A DNA stretch of 64,000 bases from a virus. Where the stretch lies: the IMG/VR virus record IMGVR_UViG_3300032050_000122. The stretch is one strand, 5' to 3'. The notes beneath the pieces are model-generated. The model had not been told where the DNA came from and did not search any database. It was given only the letters and a program-made list of their open reading frames with translations. Position 1 is the first letter of the stretch. The number at the start of each line of letters is the position of its first letter. Both the position numbers and the translations under genes were made by a program. This document shows, one piece after another, positions 43,844 to 53,141 of the stretch.

Positions 43844-44209
43844 ATGGCAATCACAATCACCGAGATCAATATTCGGAAGCCCCAATATCTTGATTCTCGG
43901 CTCCTGGCGTTTGTTACTGTAGTCTTCGATAACTGCTTCGCAATCACGGACCTACGGCTATTGCAGCTTAAAGACGGTCCTTTCCTGGCGATGCCTTCGA
44001 AGAAAGCATCTACACCATGTCAGCATTGCAGACGTAAGAATACGTTTGATTGCCGATACTGCGGTAAGTGCGGCAAACTCTTGGAGTTCAAAGCGGAAGA
44101 GCATTTCGACGTAGCTTTTCCAATCAACAACGAGTTCCGACAATTTATGTTGCAGTCCATTCTTGAGAAATACAAGAATGAAACTGCCAACGAAGCTGGT
44201 GCCAAGTAA
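43844..44209 (+). CDS. SpoVG-like protein with zinc-ribbon insertion
   Basis: ITDLRLLQLKDGPFLAMPSKKAS ... HFDVAFPINNEFRQFM matches SpoVG (NGLFVAMPSKR ... DIAHPIN), interrupted by CQHC...CRYCGKCGK. Confidence 0.55.
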   Translation: MAITITEINIRKPQYLDSRLLAFVTVVFDNCFAITDLRLLQLKDGPFLAMPSKKASTPCQHCRRKNTFDCRYCGKCGKLLEFKAEEHFDVAFPINNEFRQFMLQSILEKYKNETANEAGAK

Positions 44210-44247
44210 GAGGAAATCAGGGCACCCATGACGAATGGAATCGTGAC

Positions 44248-44319
44248 GCTAGCATAGCTCAATGGTAGAGCAGCTGTTTTGTAAGCAGCCGGTTGGGGGT
44301 TCAAGTCCCTCTGCTAGCT
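44248..44319 (+). tRNA. tRNA-Thr (anticodon TGT)
   Basis: Perfect acceptor GCUAGCA/UGCUAGC, D-arm GCUC-AAUGGU-AGAGC, anticodon loop UUUGUAA, T-arm GGGGG-UUCAAGU-CCCUC. Confidence 0.8.
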
Positions 44320-44331
44320 CTGGAGGTATCT

Positions 44332-44751
44332 ATGAGCATACTGTTTTTGGATATTGATGGTGTCTTAAATGGACACCAGAGACATGCCAATGGGTATTGT
44401 GGTATTGATTCCCACTGTATGAGCAACCTGAACCATGTAATCGCACAAACCAAATGTCTGGTTGTAATCAGTTCCGCTTGGCGGTACATGATGCCAGAAG
44501 CCATGACGATTACTGGCTTTGAGTATCTACTCAAGAGTCACGGTCTGAATGGTAGTGTCTACGGTTACACGGAACGTGACGAAGTAATCTCGAAACGCGA
44601 AGATCAGATTCTGGCCTACCCCAAACAAGGCAAGTGGGCCGTGGTTGATGATCTTCCTTTGCAGATCGAAAACTTTGTTCGCACGGATGGAACTATTGGA
44701 ATGCAACGGCATGAAGCCGAACGATTGATCGGCCTGTTAACTCAGGGGTAG
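44332..44751 (+). CDS. small HAD-family phosphatase (Pnk phosphatase-domain-like)
   Basis: Start at MSILFLDIDGVLNG (HAD motif I DxDGV) with GGAGG RBS; about 139 aa; 3' end overlaps tRNA-Val by about 20 nt. Confidence 0.55.
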   Translation: MSILFLDIDGVLNGHQRHANGYCGIDSHCMSNLNHVIAQTKCLVVISSAWRYMMPEAMTITGFEYLLKSHGLNGSVYGYTERDEVISKREDQILAYPKQGKWAVVDDLPLQIENFVRTDGTIGMQRHEAERLIGLLTQG

Positions 44752-44802
44752 AGTGCCAGCTTTACACGCTGGAGGTCGCAGGTTCAAATCCTGCACAGGC
44801 TA
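44731..44802 (+). tRNA. tRNA-Val (anticodon TAC)
   Basis: Acceptor GGCCUGU/ACAGGCU, D-arm ACUC-AGGGGUA-GAGU, anticodon arm CCAGC-UUUACAC-GCUGG, T-arm GCAGG-UUCAAAU-CCUGC. Confidence 0.75.
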
Positions 44803-44912
44803 TTCCCTACGAGCTTTTAAGTGGCACCACTGTTATCGTGGTTCTGGGAAATGAGAAAGGTGGACCCGGCGTATCCGGGGTGAATACCCAGCTAGGGAAC
44901 CAGGAGACAGCT

Positions 44913-45506
44913 ATGTTTAAGTTACTCTTGATCAGTCTAATGTTAGGCGCGACTCCTGCGGAGATCACGCAAAGTACAGTCAAAGTAGATTATCGATTCG
45001 ACGACAACGTCCTTGTCGGGTCTGGAACGATAATCGAAACCACCGACGTGAGCTTTAGTGTACTGACGTGTTCGCATTGCGTCCGACATCATGCACCCAA
45101 AGGAAAGAGCAAAATCATTCTCCAAGATGGTCGAAGCTATCCAGCAACGATTATCAAGATTGACCCGGATCGTGACCTCTGCCTCTTGAAGTCAAACTTC
45201 AAGATAGAGATCAAACCTTCCGAATTTGCTGACGATGATTACAAACCTGGAACAAAGATTCAGGTGTCAGGGTTCTCGGCAGGTAAGTTCTACTCACTAC
45301 GGAATGGGACCGTGACCAATGACTTCGGTTGGAAAGTCATTGACGGAGATAAAGTCGTCTCACAGATTCTGAATGTGTACGCCGTACAAGGTGATTCGGG
45401 TGGTGGCGTGTTTAGAGATGGCAAACAGATAGGTGTTCTATGGGGCGGTACCCCTGGCGGCATCTATGTGAATCGGATGGATACGATTAAGTCGTTCTTG
45501 AAGTAG
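44913..45506 (+). CDS. secreted trypsin-like (S1) serine protease
   Basis: Signal-peptide-like MFKLLLISLMLGA; catalytic triad contexts TCSHC, DLCLL, GDSGGG; GGAG RBS. Confidence 0.65.
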   Translation: MFKLLLISLMLGATPAEITQSTVKVDYRFDDNVLVGSGTIIETTDVSFSVLTCSHCVRHHAPKGKSKIILQDGRSYPATIIKIDPDRDLCLLKSNFKIEIKPSEFADDDYKPGTKIQVSGFSAGKFYSLRNGTVTNDFGWKVIDGDKVVSQILNVYAVQGDSGGGVFRDGKQIGVLWGGTPGGIYVNRMDTIKSFLK

Positions 45507-45512
45507 TGGTTA

Positions 45513-45585
45513 GCGGGTGTAGCTCAATTGGCAGAGCGTCAGTTTTCCAAACTGGATGTTGAGGGTTCGAGTCCCTCTACCCGCA
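45513..45585 (+). tRNA. tRNA-Gly (anticodon TCC)
   Basis: Acceptor GCGGGUG/UACCCGC, D-arm GCUC-AAUUGGC-AGAGC, anticodon arm UCAGU-UUUCCAA-ACUGG, T-arm GAGGG-UUCGAGU-CCCUC. Confidence 0.8.
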
Positions 45586-45740
45586 CTATGCCTGATCGTC
45601 TTACCTTTGGCAAGGCAGCCGGTCAGGACAGCGGTGGATTAGAGCGTGTGGGGCTACACCACCAGGCTGGTTACGGGTAGAGAGGTTGTGCCAACAGCCA
45701 TACTGTAATCGGTCAAGCCCTTCCTTTTAGGAGATTCACA

Positions 45741-46178
45741 ATGATTGCAGGCACTGTCCTTATCTCAAGGAACAATGATGAGGCTCTAAACACAAGTCCC
45801 GGCCATTGGAATCATTGTGCCATCTACGTGGGCGGTGGACGCATTATCCATTCTCTACGTGATCAAGGTGTTGTCGAAACAGTCTATGGCGAATGGCTCG
45901 CTTATGACTGTACTTGGGTTTCCTTGATTCCTATTGACGTGTCGGTCGGATACAAAGCTGCATTCAAAGCGACACAGCTTGTAGGGTTGCCTTATCGAAT
46001 GCTCTCAAGCGTGTTTCTGCGTGCTAGGAATCTTAACCGTGGGATCAATTGTGTTGATGCAGCGGTAAGAGTACCCTACGAGTACGCTTTAGGAAAGAGC
46101 CTCAGTTCGATACATTGGCCTGACCATGTAATCGAATTGACTGGCGTGTTTAAGAAGGGTCCAACAAGTTCTGATTAA
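45741..46178 (+). CDS. hypothetical protein (possible Cys/His hydrolase)
   Basis: 145 aa; GHWNHCAIYVGGGRIIHS. Confidence 0.4.
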   Translation: MIAGTVLISRNNDEALNTSPGHWNHCAIYVGGGRIIHSLRDQGVVETVYGEWLAYDCTWVSLIPIDVSVGYKAAFKATQLVGLPYRMLSSVFLRARNLNRGINCVDAAVRVPYEYALGKSLSSIHWPDHVIELTGVFKKGPTSSD

Positions 46179-46183
46179 TTCTC

Positions 46184-46256
46184 GGGCCGTTAGTTCTAAT
46201 CGGGAAAACGCTGGCCTTGCAAGCCGGAGTCAAGGGTTCGAATCCCTTACGGTCCA
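46184..46256 (+). tRNA. tRNA-Ala (anticodon TGC)
   Basis: Acceptor GGGCCGU/ACGGUCC with the G3-U70 Ala identity pair, anticodon arm CUGGC-CUUGCAA-GCCGG, T-arm AAGGG-UUCGAAU-CCCUU. Confidence 0.75.
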
Positions 46257-46257
46257 A

Positions 46258-46330
46258 TCCCTGGTAGCACAACTGGTAGTGCAACTCGCTGTTAACGAGT
46301 AGATTGTAGGTTCGAATCCTACCTAGGGAG
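46258..46330 (+). tRNA. tRNA-Asn (anticodon GTT)
   Basis: D-arm GCAC-AACUGGUA-GUGC, anticodon arm ACUCG-CUGUUAA-CGAGU, T-arm GUAGG-UUCGAAU-CCUAC. Confidence 0.75.
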
Positions 46331-46418
46331 CTTGACAGGTGAATTGTGGCATTAAGGGAAACGGCGGAACAGGCTTATGCCTAAGTACCATATGGTTCTC
46401 TCCACATACCTGTCACCT

Positions 46419-46490
46419 CGGTGCGTTGCTGGAAGGTCATAGCGTGTGGTTTGGGACCACAAGACGAGAGTTCGATTCTCTCCGTGCCGA
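46419..46490 (+). tRNA. tRNA-Pro (anticodon TGG)
   Basis: Acceptor CGGUGCG/CGUGCCG (two GU pairs), 3-bp D-stem, anticodon arm UGUGG-UUUGGGA-CCACA, T-arm GAGAG-UUCGAUU-CUCUC. Confidence 0.65.
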
Positions 46491-46503
46491 TTAAAACGAA
46501 AAA

Positions 46504-46536
46504 GCCCGCAATGGTAAAACCATTGCGGGCTTTTTT
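46504..46536. terminator. bidirectional rho-independent terminator
   Basis: AAAAA-GCCCGCAATGG-uaaaa-CCATTGCGGGC-TTTTTT; ends the plus-strand tRNA block and the convergent minus-strand structural operon. Confidence 0.8.
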
Positions 46537-46539
46537 CGT

Positions 46540-47091
46540 TTACACGTTTGCGAGGACAACCGGAGTGTCGTAGACGATAATCACGCGGGCCTTACCCGCC
46601 GTGACATTGGTGTCACCAAGGGCCGAACCGTTGGTCACAACACCATTCAAATCAAACGCCGTTTGAGCCGCAACCAATGCGAGAGCATCGGCAGGAACCG
46701 CACCGACTTGACTGTTCTTGGTCAGAGCCGCGGTGATGCCAAGCTGATCGACATTGCCACCGTTCGGGCCAAGGCCAAGCTTGACGGTCGTGCCGCCACC
46801 AACGACCAGTTCAGTAATCTGAATGATCGCAAGCTTGACTTTGGAACCTGCCGGAATCGTGCAGACATTTTTGTACTTGGTCGCATTGCCAGTGAAGTCG
46901 ATGATTTCATCGACTTTCACTTCTTTGAGTCCAGCCGGATCAGTCATCACTTCGGCGCGAAGTTGCTCCAAAGTAATTTCCTGCTCTTGAGACTGAGACT
47001 TGGACAAACCTCGGTCGTCGGTGACCGAGGTAAAATTCTTGACTGCGATCTTGTCGGTCGTGAAGTCAAGATTGGGAATAACTGTTGCCAT
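46540..47091 (-). CDS. putative virion structural protein (paralog 1)
   Basis: 183 aa sharing TDPAGL.EV..D, PAGSKVKLA and C-terminal VYDxPVVLANV with the adjacent gene. Confidence 0.45.
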   Translation of the reverse strand: MATVIPNLDFTTDKIAVKNFTSVTDDRGLSKSQSQEQEITLEQLRAEVMTDPAGLKEVKVDEIIDFTGNATKYKNVCTIPAGSKVKLAIIQITELVVGGGTTVKLGLGPNGGNVDQLGITAALTKNSQVGAVPADALALVAAQTAFDLNGVVTNGSALGDTNVTAGKARVIIVYDTPVVLANV

Positions 47092-47111
47092 ATGTCAAAT
47101 CTCCAAAAAGG

Positions 47112-47672
47112 TTAGACGTTTGCCAAAACAACGGGTTTGTCGTAGACCAACAGCACACGAACGCTGCCAGCGGTCAATTCACCATCAGAGAGTGAACCGT
47201 CAGCATTCACTGTTGCACAGAGGTCAATTGCCGTTTCGGCTGCGATAAGCGAAGCAGCATCAGCTGGTACGCTACCGATTTGATAGTTAGCTGCAAGGTT
47301 TGCAGCACCTTGAAGCAGCAATGCCGGTGTTCCTGCGTTAGTTCCGATAGCCAACGAGTCACCAGTACCGTCATCTGTCACAGTCGACAGAATCTGGAAC
47401 TTTGCAAGTTTGACTTTCGACCCGGCAGGAAGCGTAGCAATTTCTACGTATGCTGCACCGAGAGCAGTCAAATCAAAAGTACGGTCAATACGCACTTCTT
47501 GAAGACCGGCAGGATCAGTGAACAACCGCTCATGCAGTTCGTCCAGCGTGATTTCCACAGGTACACTCAATTGTCGCGTAGTACCATCGCCAAGCAAAAC
47601 AGACTGCTTGCGAATCACAGGGACCACATCAGGTCCAGTGAATTGCAAGGTAGTCGATGGAGTTGAGGCCAT
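47112..47672 (-). CDS. putative virion structural protein (paralog 2)
   Basis: 186 aa; tandem paralog of 46540..47091. Confidence 0.45.
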   Translation of the reverse strand: MASTPSTTLQFTGPDVVPVIRKQSVLLGDGTTRQLSVPVEITLDELHERLFTDPAGLQEVRIDRTFDLTALGAAYVEIATLPAGSKVKLAKFQILSTVTDDGTGDSLAIGTNAGTPALLLQGAANLAANYQIGSVPADAASLIAAETAIDLCATVNADGSLSDGELTAGSVRVLLVYDKPVVLANV

Positions 47673-47675
47673 AAA

Positions 47676-47948
47676 TCATATCTCCCTTTTTGTACATGTT
47701 TGACAGAAGGCTGGACCCACTGGTAAACCGAGTAGAGTACATTGGTCTACTAATCGGCTACCAAGTGGACATTTGACACGGACACCGATTATTCGGTACT
47801 TACAAGGTTTGTAAGTTTGAACAAATCGGTAAGCGTCCGTTGGATCGCGAACATAGTTCGCTGGTGGTTCCCATGTAGGTGGTGAACCACGCATTGGGAA
47901 TGTAATACTCCCATCGCCTTGCAATTTTGCTCCCGGTGGCAGATTCAT
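47676..47948 (-). CDS. hypothetical protein
   Basis: 90 aa. Confidence 0.4.
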   Translation of the reverse strand: MNLPPGAKLQGDGSITFPMRGSPPTWEPPANYVRDPTDAYRFVQTYKPCKYRIIGVRVKCPLGSRLVDQCTLLGLPVGPAFCQTCTKREI

Positions 47949-48886
47949 TAGCCTACTCCTTCACCAACAGGGTTGAATGGGTCCGAAATTGGGTAGTTCG
48001 GATATTCATAGGAGTTCGGTTTAGGAATCTGGTACGGATCAAGGGTCGTGTCAGCGTGCCAGCCTTCAATATCGTGCCAACCAGTATCCCAGCCAACTGC
48101 TTCAACTGTTGCTCCAACACCTTGGACAACGCCAAGAGGATTGTTGTAGTACACTGAGACAATACCGTCAGAAAAATTCAAACGGTGTTTTTCCCAAATC
48201 TCGCAAGGCAAAAACAGATTACGTTCATACGGTGGACCCAACATTGCGTAGTAGGTTACACCTTGACTAAAAGTTGTATCAGACAACTTATAGTGAACGT
48301 AGCTTTCAACCAACCCATCCCTGCTATCCCACACGAAAGGATCAATGCTTGGGTCTGGAAAACCTTGTGCATCGTGTGCTGCTAAGTACACTCTGCATGT
48401 AGCTGATCCAGCACTGTAGCCAAGACCTTGCATGAACTCAGTAGCAGGTGCCTCGTTTGAAGAAAAAGTTTCGTCAAACGGCATCTTGGCATCACGTTGC
48501 CAGTTTCGAATATACACTTTCGGTTCTGCCCCAGCACCATTGCTACCAATGGTGTGGGCAAAACTAATTGTGATTCGCAGTCGGATACTATCCTGGCCAC
48601 CGACCCACGGACGTTTATCCAGACGAAGTCCACGACGTAAGATAGTCCCTTTCTTACCATATTTTTGAGTGGCGGAATCTATGCAAATTCCAGTTCCACC
48701 TTCAAAGCCCATTATGTTGCCGACGTTCTTGCCAATCATAGGGCGTCCCGACATAGGAGACAACCCATATGGTTGCAAATTGTTGGAATAGGAATCCATG
48801 TTTGTCAGCTTGAGAACTTTGGTCAACAAACCAGCAGTAAGAAGTTCACCATCCCAAGTGACTTCGTCGCCATAGGTTAGAGCCAT
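47948..48886 (-). CDS. putative tail/baseplate structural protein
   Basis: 312 aa, Gly/Pro/aromatic-rich; position in the tail module. Confidence 0.4.
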   Translation of the reverse strand: MALTYGDEVTWDGELLTAGLLTKVLKLTNMDSYSNNLQPYGLSPMSGRPMIGKNVGNIMGFEGGTGICIDSATQKYGKKGTILRRGLRLDKRPWVGGQDSIRLRITISFAHTIGSNGAGAEPKVYIRNWQRDAKMPFDETFSSNEAPATEFMQGLGYSAGSATCRVYLAAHDAQGFPDPSIDPFVWDSRDGLVESYVHYKLSDTTFSQGVTYYAMLGPPYERNLFLPCEIWEKHRLNFSDGIVSVYYNNPLGVVQGVGATVEAVGWDTGWHDIEGWHADTTLDPYQIPKPNSYEYPNYPISDPFNPVGEGVG

Positions 48887-51800
48887 ACTGGCACCTGCAT
48901 TGTGTACTCGCCACTTGGACCTTTAGAAACTAAAGCCCAAGTGCCCGAAGGGATGCTTTCACCGCCAGCAATCTGCAATTGCTTAACAGTAACGGACGTT
49001 GCCGCACCTGTCAAACCACTCTTGTAGATGTTGACGGTATAAGTACCAGCACTACCGCCAGTCACAACGCCTGGGTATGTAGAAGTACCACCTGTTGGCA
49101 GGAAATATCTCTGGACCGATTGCTTCGTTGTAGTCTGGGTACGTCTACCAGCTGTGCTATCACCACTTGTCGTTGAGGGTAACTCAGTTGTGACTTTGTC
49201 AGTCCACATAAGTGGCTGAATCATTACCCACATACCCGGTTCATGTTTGACCGGGTTATCCCGATCGTAAGACGCATCAATGGCTTTGGAGATTACACTT
49301 TTCTTACCCACACCTTTTGGATATGAATCCAAAAGATACTCAGGCAGACCCTTGTTAGAAACCCGTCGAATCTTAGCAGGTATAGCCGAAGTATTAACTA
49401 CTTGAGGATTCGTACTCAAATCGAAGTTCTGGTTTACCGGCGGGTACAAGTCCGGTTTTTCTTCGGCCAATTCACCGATACTGTTTTCGACTTCTGGCGA
49501 AACAATCGGATTCAATTCCTCTGCACCAGGATTTGGACTACCATCATGTGGACGGTCTCGACCATCTTCAAATTCCATAGGTTCATCAGCCGGTGGACGA
49601 CCGCTGCTACTGATATCACCACCAGCAGTTTCACCAACATTCTGACTACCTACTTCATCATTGATATCAGGGTAGAAGAAGAACTTGTCAGGATTCGCAC
49701 CGGGGTATTTGTGCATCTCACCGATTCGCACAGGCACCCAAACACTAAAGTCAATTTCCATTGCGTCACTGTCCAAGCTTGCACTTTGGACAACGCCAAC
49801 TACTGGCTCATCAGACACGGCTCTCAAATCGATGGTGACCGAATCGAAAGTCTCAAGTCTGAGTTTGTGCAACGGCGTCTTGAATTTCACCAACTTCCAT
49901 GTGTTTGCTTTTCTGATAATCCAAAACGTCGAACTCAAATCAACTAGCCGCGTATTTGTGTACGCGTAGTAGTTGTAGGTTTGCTCATGGCAACCATACT
50001 TCGCCATGTTAGCACGAAGAATGATTTTGTTGTCCTTACTACCGACATCAGAAGCTGCGAATCCTGTTTGAGGCCCGTAGAAAACCTTATAGGATGCTAC
50101 GAACTTTGTGACCAGTTCCTCGGTTGTTGTGTGATGAATCTCAAGAGTCTTCTCTTCAATATCACACAAATCAATCGAGTCTACTGGTGCACCTTCCGGC
50201 ACTAAGTACAACAGATAGAAGATATCTTCTTTCAACCAGATTGCACAACGTGCTTGGAACGCAATTTCCTTCAAAGCATCAAACAGATTCTTCCGCTCGA
50301 ACAAACAGAAGTGCATAGGGAATGCACCAAGTTGTGCCCGAACTGTGTTGAAGCTAGTGGTATCGCAATCGAACGGTGCAGCAGGATAAGGCACACCACT
50401 ATAGGTGTGAATCAAATACTGCAAAATGTCGGCCGTGTTTGGGCCAACTGGCGAAATAAGATCGACGTAAATTTGATCTTCCCAGCCGCTTGAGAAGCTG
50501 GAGTCTCGACTCAAATTGAAGTACGTCTTCTTATTTTCATCACGTACATGCTGACCATTCACCGACGACGTTGTTGTCCTAACAATACCGGTTCCGGTGT
50601 CAGCGGTGACCAACTCAATGTCGTTGATGTAACTCAACGGTTGCTTGAGTGTAATCATTGTTGCGGTAACGCCAGGACCACCATCTCCGGCCACGAAGTT
50701 CTGGTAACTAACTGTGTAATAGTTAGTTGGAACCGCAGTCATCAATTTGGTGCCGTCGTAATCGCGAATAGCGTACACGCCCAAAACCGCACAAGGCAGC
50801 ATCGCTGCTACCCAACGCATTGGAAGATCGCTCACCCACTTGATACGAGTACCAGCCTTGACGAAGACAAAACCAGGATTACTGTCCACAATGATTTTGT
50901 CAGCGGCTTTTTTCGTGATGTCGATTTCAGTGACCAGACCCATGTCTGCTATGAAGTTGTCCGGGAATCCGAATTCACTTTTATCAGACACGTTGGCACT
51001 GGTGTATTTCTCGACACTAGACTCGCCGACTTCGACATGCGTCAAGAATGGTTTCTTGGGCGTTATCGAAGTGATGTTTAAGATACTGTCCCCACGCGGA
51101 CTCGAAGGTAGTGCAGAGATGACTCCGGTGACAATCAATTCACCGATTTCAAATGTTGCAGGCACGCCCATTGGGAACGACTGGCCATTGAACAAAATGA
51201 CAGAGTCCTTCTCAAACTTCTTCTGTGCCTCAATCTGCTGAGTAATCGCTGACACACTATCCAGCATTCGTTGGCCTTCGTTCAGCAATTTAGTGGCACT
51301 ATCCATCATGCCCTGACCCTGTTGGTAATCAGGGTCATCAGGGTTCTGTTCAAACGGCCCAACATCCTCACCCATGCCAGCAGAGTTTGTCTGCAACACG
51401 CTACCAGCCGTGTATAATGCTTGGGCGTAAGCATCCGAAAACTGTTTGGCCATGAACAGATTCTGCAAGTCAGCTTCGAGTTTTGGATCGTGCAACCCAA
51501 TGCTATCCATCAAGGTTGCATTGCCGACCAGATCAAGACTGACCGATGGAACCTTGAGGCAGGTTCCAAAAGGCATGGGCCAAGCCTTACCGATTACGCT
51601 GTCATCCAACTGAGGAAAGTCGCCTTCTTCTGGCGAGAATCCGATTTCTGCATCTTCCAATTGGCTCACAATATCGAAAGACATCGTCCGATTAACTTCA
51701 ACCCAAACAATGGGCGAGTTGATAACGCCTTCAAAAATCACGAACTTATCATTGAAGTTAAGTTGTGTGAACCACTGGTAGATCAAGACCTTTTTCTTGT

Positions 51801-52086
51801 GGATGTCGCGTGTGTTGTAAATCGTTTTGATCGAACCATCTGTATCGCTCAATGTAATCGAGACGGACTGTGAGTTCGACGCATTCGAGATATTCACAAC
51901 ATCATCAAGGTTAGCCAACTTGAGAATCTTACCTTGTAACTGCGGCACAGCTTGATGCGCACCGCGATCACAATAGTATTGGGGCGGACGGTTCTCCCCA
52001 TCCCAAAAGATTGCTACAACGACGAGTGGTTCCCCACCCAGCTTTGTAGTAATCTGCGTCAATGCTGCTGTTGAGATATTTTTCAT
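48877..52086 (-). CDS. large tail/baseplate (fiber or hub-like) structural protein
   Basis: 1069 aa immediately downstream of the distal tail genes. Confidence 0.45.
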   Translation of the reverse strand: MKNISTAALTQITTKLGGEPLVVVAIFWDGENRPPQYYCDRGAHQAVPQLQGKILKLANLDDVVNISNASNSQSVSITLSDTDGSIKTIYNTRDIHKKKVLIYQWFTQLNFNDKFVIFEGVINSPIVWVEVNRTMSFDIVSQLEDAEIGFSPEEGDFPQLDDSVIGKAWPMPFGTCLKVPSVSLDLVGNATLMDSIGLHDPKLEADLQNLFMAKQFSDAYAQALYTAGSVLQTNSAGMGEDVGPFEQNPDDPDYQQGQGMMDSATKLLNEGQRMLDSVSAITQQIEAQKKFEKDSVILFNGQSFPMGVPATFEIGELIVTGVISALPSSPRGDSILNITSITPKKPFLTHVEVGESSVEKYTSANVSDKSEFGFPDNFIADMGLVTEIDITKKAADKIIVDSNPGFVFVKAGTRIKWVSDLPMRWVAAMLPCAVLGVYAIRDYDGTKLMTAVPTNYYTVSYQNFVAGDGGPGVTATMITLKQPLSYINDIELVTADTGTGIVRTTTSSVNGQHVRDENKKTYFNLSRDSSFSSGWEDQIYVDLISPVGPNTADILQYLIHTYSGVPYPAAPFDCDTTSFNTVRAQLGAFPMHFCLFERKNLFDALKEIAFQARCAIWLKEDIFYLLYLVPEGAPVDSIDLCDIEEKTLEIHHTTTEELVTKFVASYKVFYGPQTGFAASDVGSKDNKIILRANMAKYGCHEQTYNYYAYTNTRLVDLSSTFWIIRKANTWKLVKFKTPLHKLRLETFDSVTIDLRAVSDEPVVGVVQSASLDSDAMEIDFSVWVPVRIGEMHKYPGANPDKFFFYPDINDEVGSQNVGETAGGDISSSGRPPADEPMEFEDGRDRPHDGSPNPGAEELNPIVSPEVENSIGELAEEKPDLYPPVNQNFDLSTNPQVVNTSAIPAKIRRVSNKGLPEYLLDSYPKGVGKKSVISKAIDASYDRDNPVKHEPGMWVMIQPLMWTDKVTTELPSTTSGDSTAGRRTQTTTKQSVQRYFLPTGGTSTYPGVVTGGSAGTYTVNIYKSGLTGAATSVTVKQLQIAGGESIPSGTWALVSKGPSGEYTMQVPVWL

Positions 52087-53126
52087 TGTAGTACCTGAAA
52101 GTCAAACTCGACCTCGTAAGAGCCGCAGTTTTTGTCGTTGGTGCATACCACTTGCGCATCAGGAGTGATAATGATTCCGTTCCACACCACTCCAAAATGA
52201 TCCGTTAATTGGACACTCAGTCCAATTGTGTCAGCAAAGAATCGAAGCAACTCTTGACTTCTATTCCGAGTCAAGTTGGTGAACTTGAACTTAAGAATCT
52301 CAGTAATCGACCATATCGGGTCACGAAAGATAATCGTGTCCCCACCGCGTGTTTGATCTTTAACACGCTTGAGACTGATACTGTCAATGTCCCCAAGCTC
52401 TGGTACTACAAGAGTAACAGTTGTTGAGCCGTAAGTTAAAATTACTGGCCCGTATACAAGCGAATCTGACGGTACATTAACGGGAATATTTGCAGACGGA
52501 GACGGTACAACAATGTTGAACGTCTTGACAGCGTCTTTCTTGAAGTAAGAGACGCTTTGCGTAATCGTCAAAGACGTAGTTGCTGGGGCTGTATAAGTTC
52601 CAACAAGGACTACAGCTTGTGAAACTGTCAGCGTGCTTGCAAGTGCACGAGAAGGAACAACACTATGAGTAATCGCCAAGCCTTGAATAACCGCTTGAGG
52701 GTTTACACTCGCAGCTTGCTGTGTGATTACCAGTGCCGTCGCAGCTTCAATGTTGTAAGTTGGAGCCGCAGTTTGAGTCAGGCTCAAAATATTGACGACA
52801 TCAAGATTCAAAATTTGTGTAACAGCAACTGCCTGTGACACATTGAATGGTTGATTCGTGCTTACGTTCTGATGCGAACATTGTACCGATTGAGTTAGGT
52901 ACAAAGGCTGTTCAACAATCTGGCCGATGATTCCCGAGTCTGGGTCGCCTTGCGTAATCGGCAAGAACTGGGCGACGCTGATATTGATGATCGCCATTAG
53001 ACAACTCCAGTAGAAAGCGGAAGGAGAAGGATTCGAACCTCCGGATGCCATAGGCATCGCCGGTTTAGCAAACCGGTACAATAAGCCACTCTGCCATCCC
53101 TCCGAAAAGAGGGACCGTGTTGCCAC
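52083..53126 (-). CDS. tail protein with internal TQ-rich repeats
   Basis: 347 aa with repeated LTITQSV / VAVTQIL-like segments. Confidence 0.4.
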   Translation of the reverse strand: MATRSLFSEGWQSGLLYRFAKPAMPMASGGSNPSPSAFYWSCLMAIINISVAQFLPITQGDPDSGIIGQIVEQPLYLTQSVQCSHQNVSTNQPFNVSQAVAVTQILNLDVVNILSLTQTAAPTYNIEAATALVITQQAASVNPQAVIQGLAITHSVVPSRALASTLTVSQAVVLVGTYTAPATTSLTITQSVSYFKKDAVKTFNIVVPSPSANIPVNVPSDSLVYGPVILTYGSTTVTLVVPELGDIDSISLKRVKDQTRGGDTIIFRDPIWSITEILKFKFTNLTRNRSQELLRFFADTIGLSVQLTDHFGVVWNGIIITPDAQVVCTNDKNCGSYEVEFDFQVLQ

Positions 53127-53141
53127 GGTCCCTCGTTCAAT

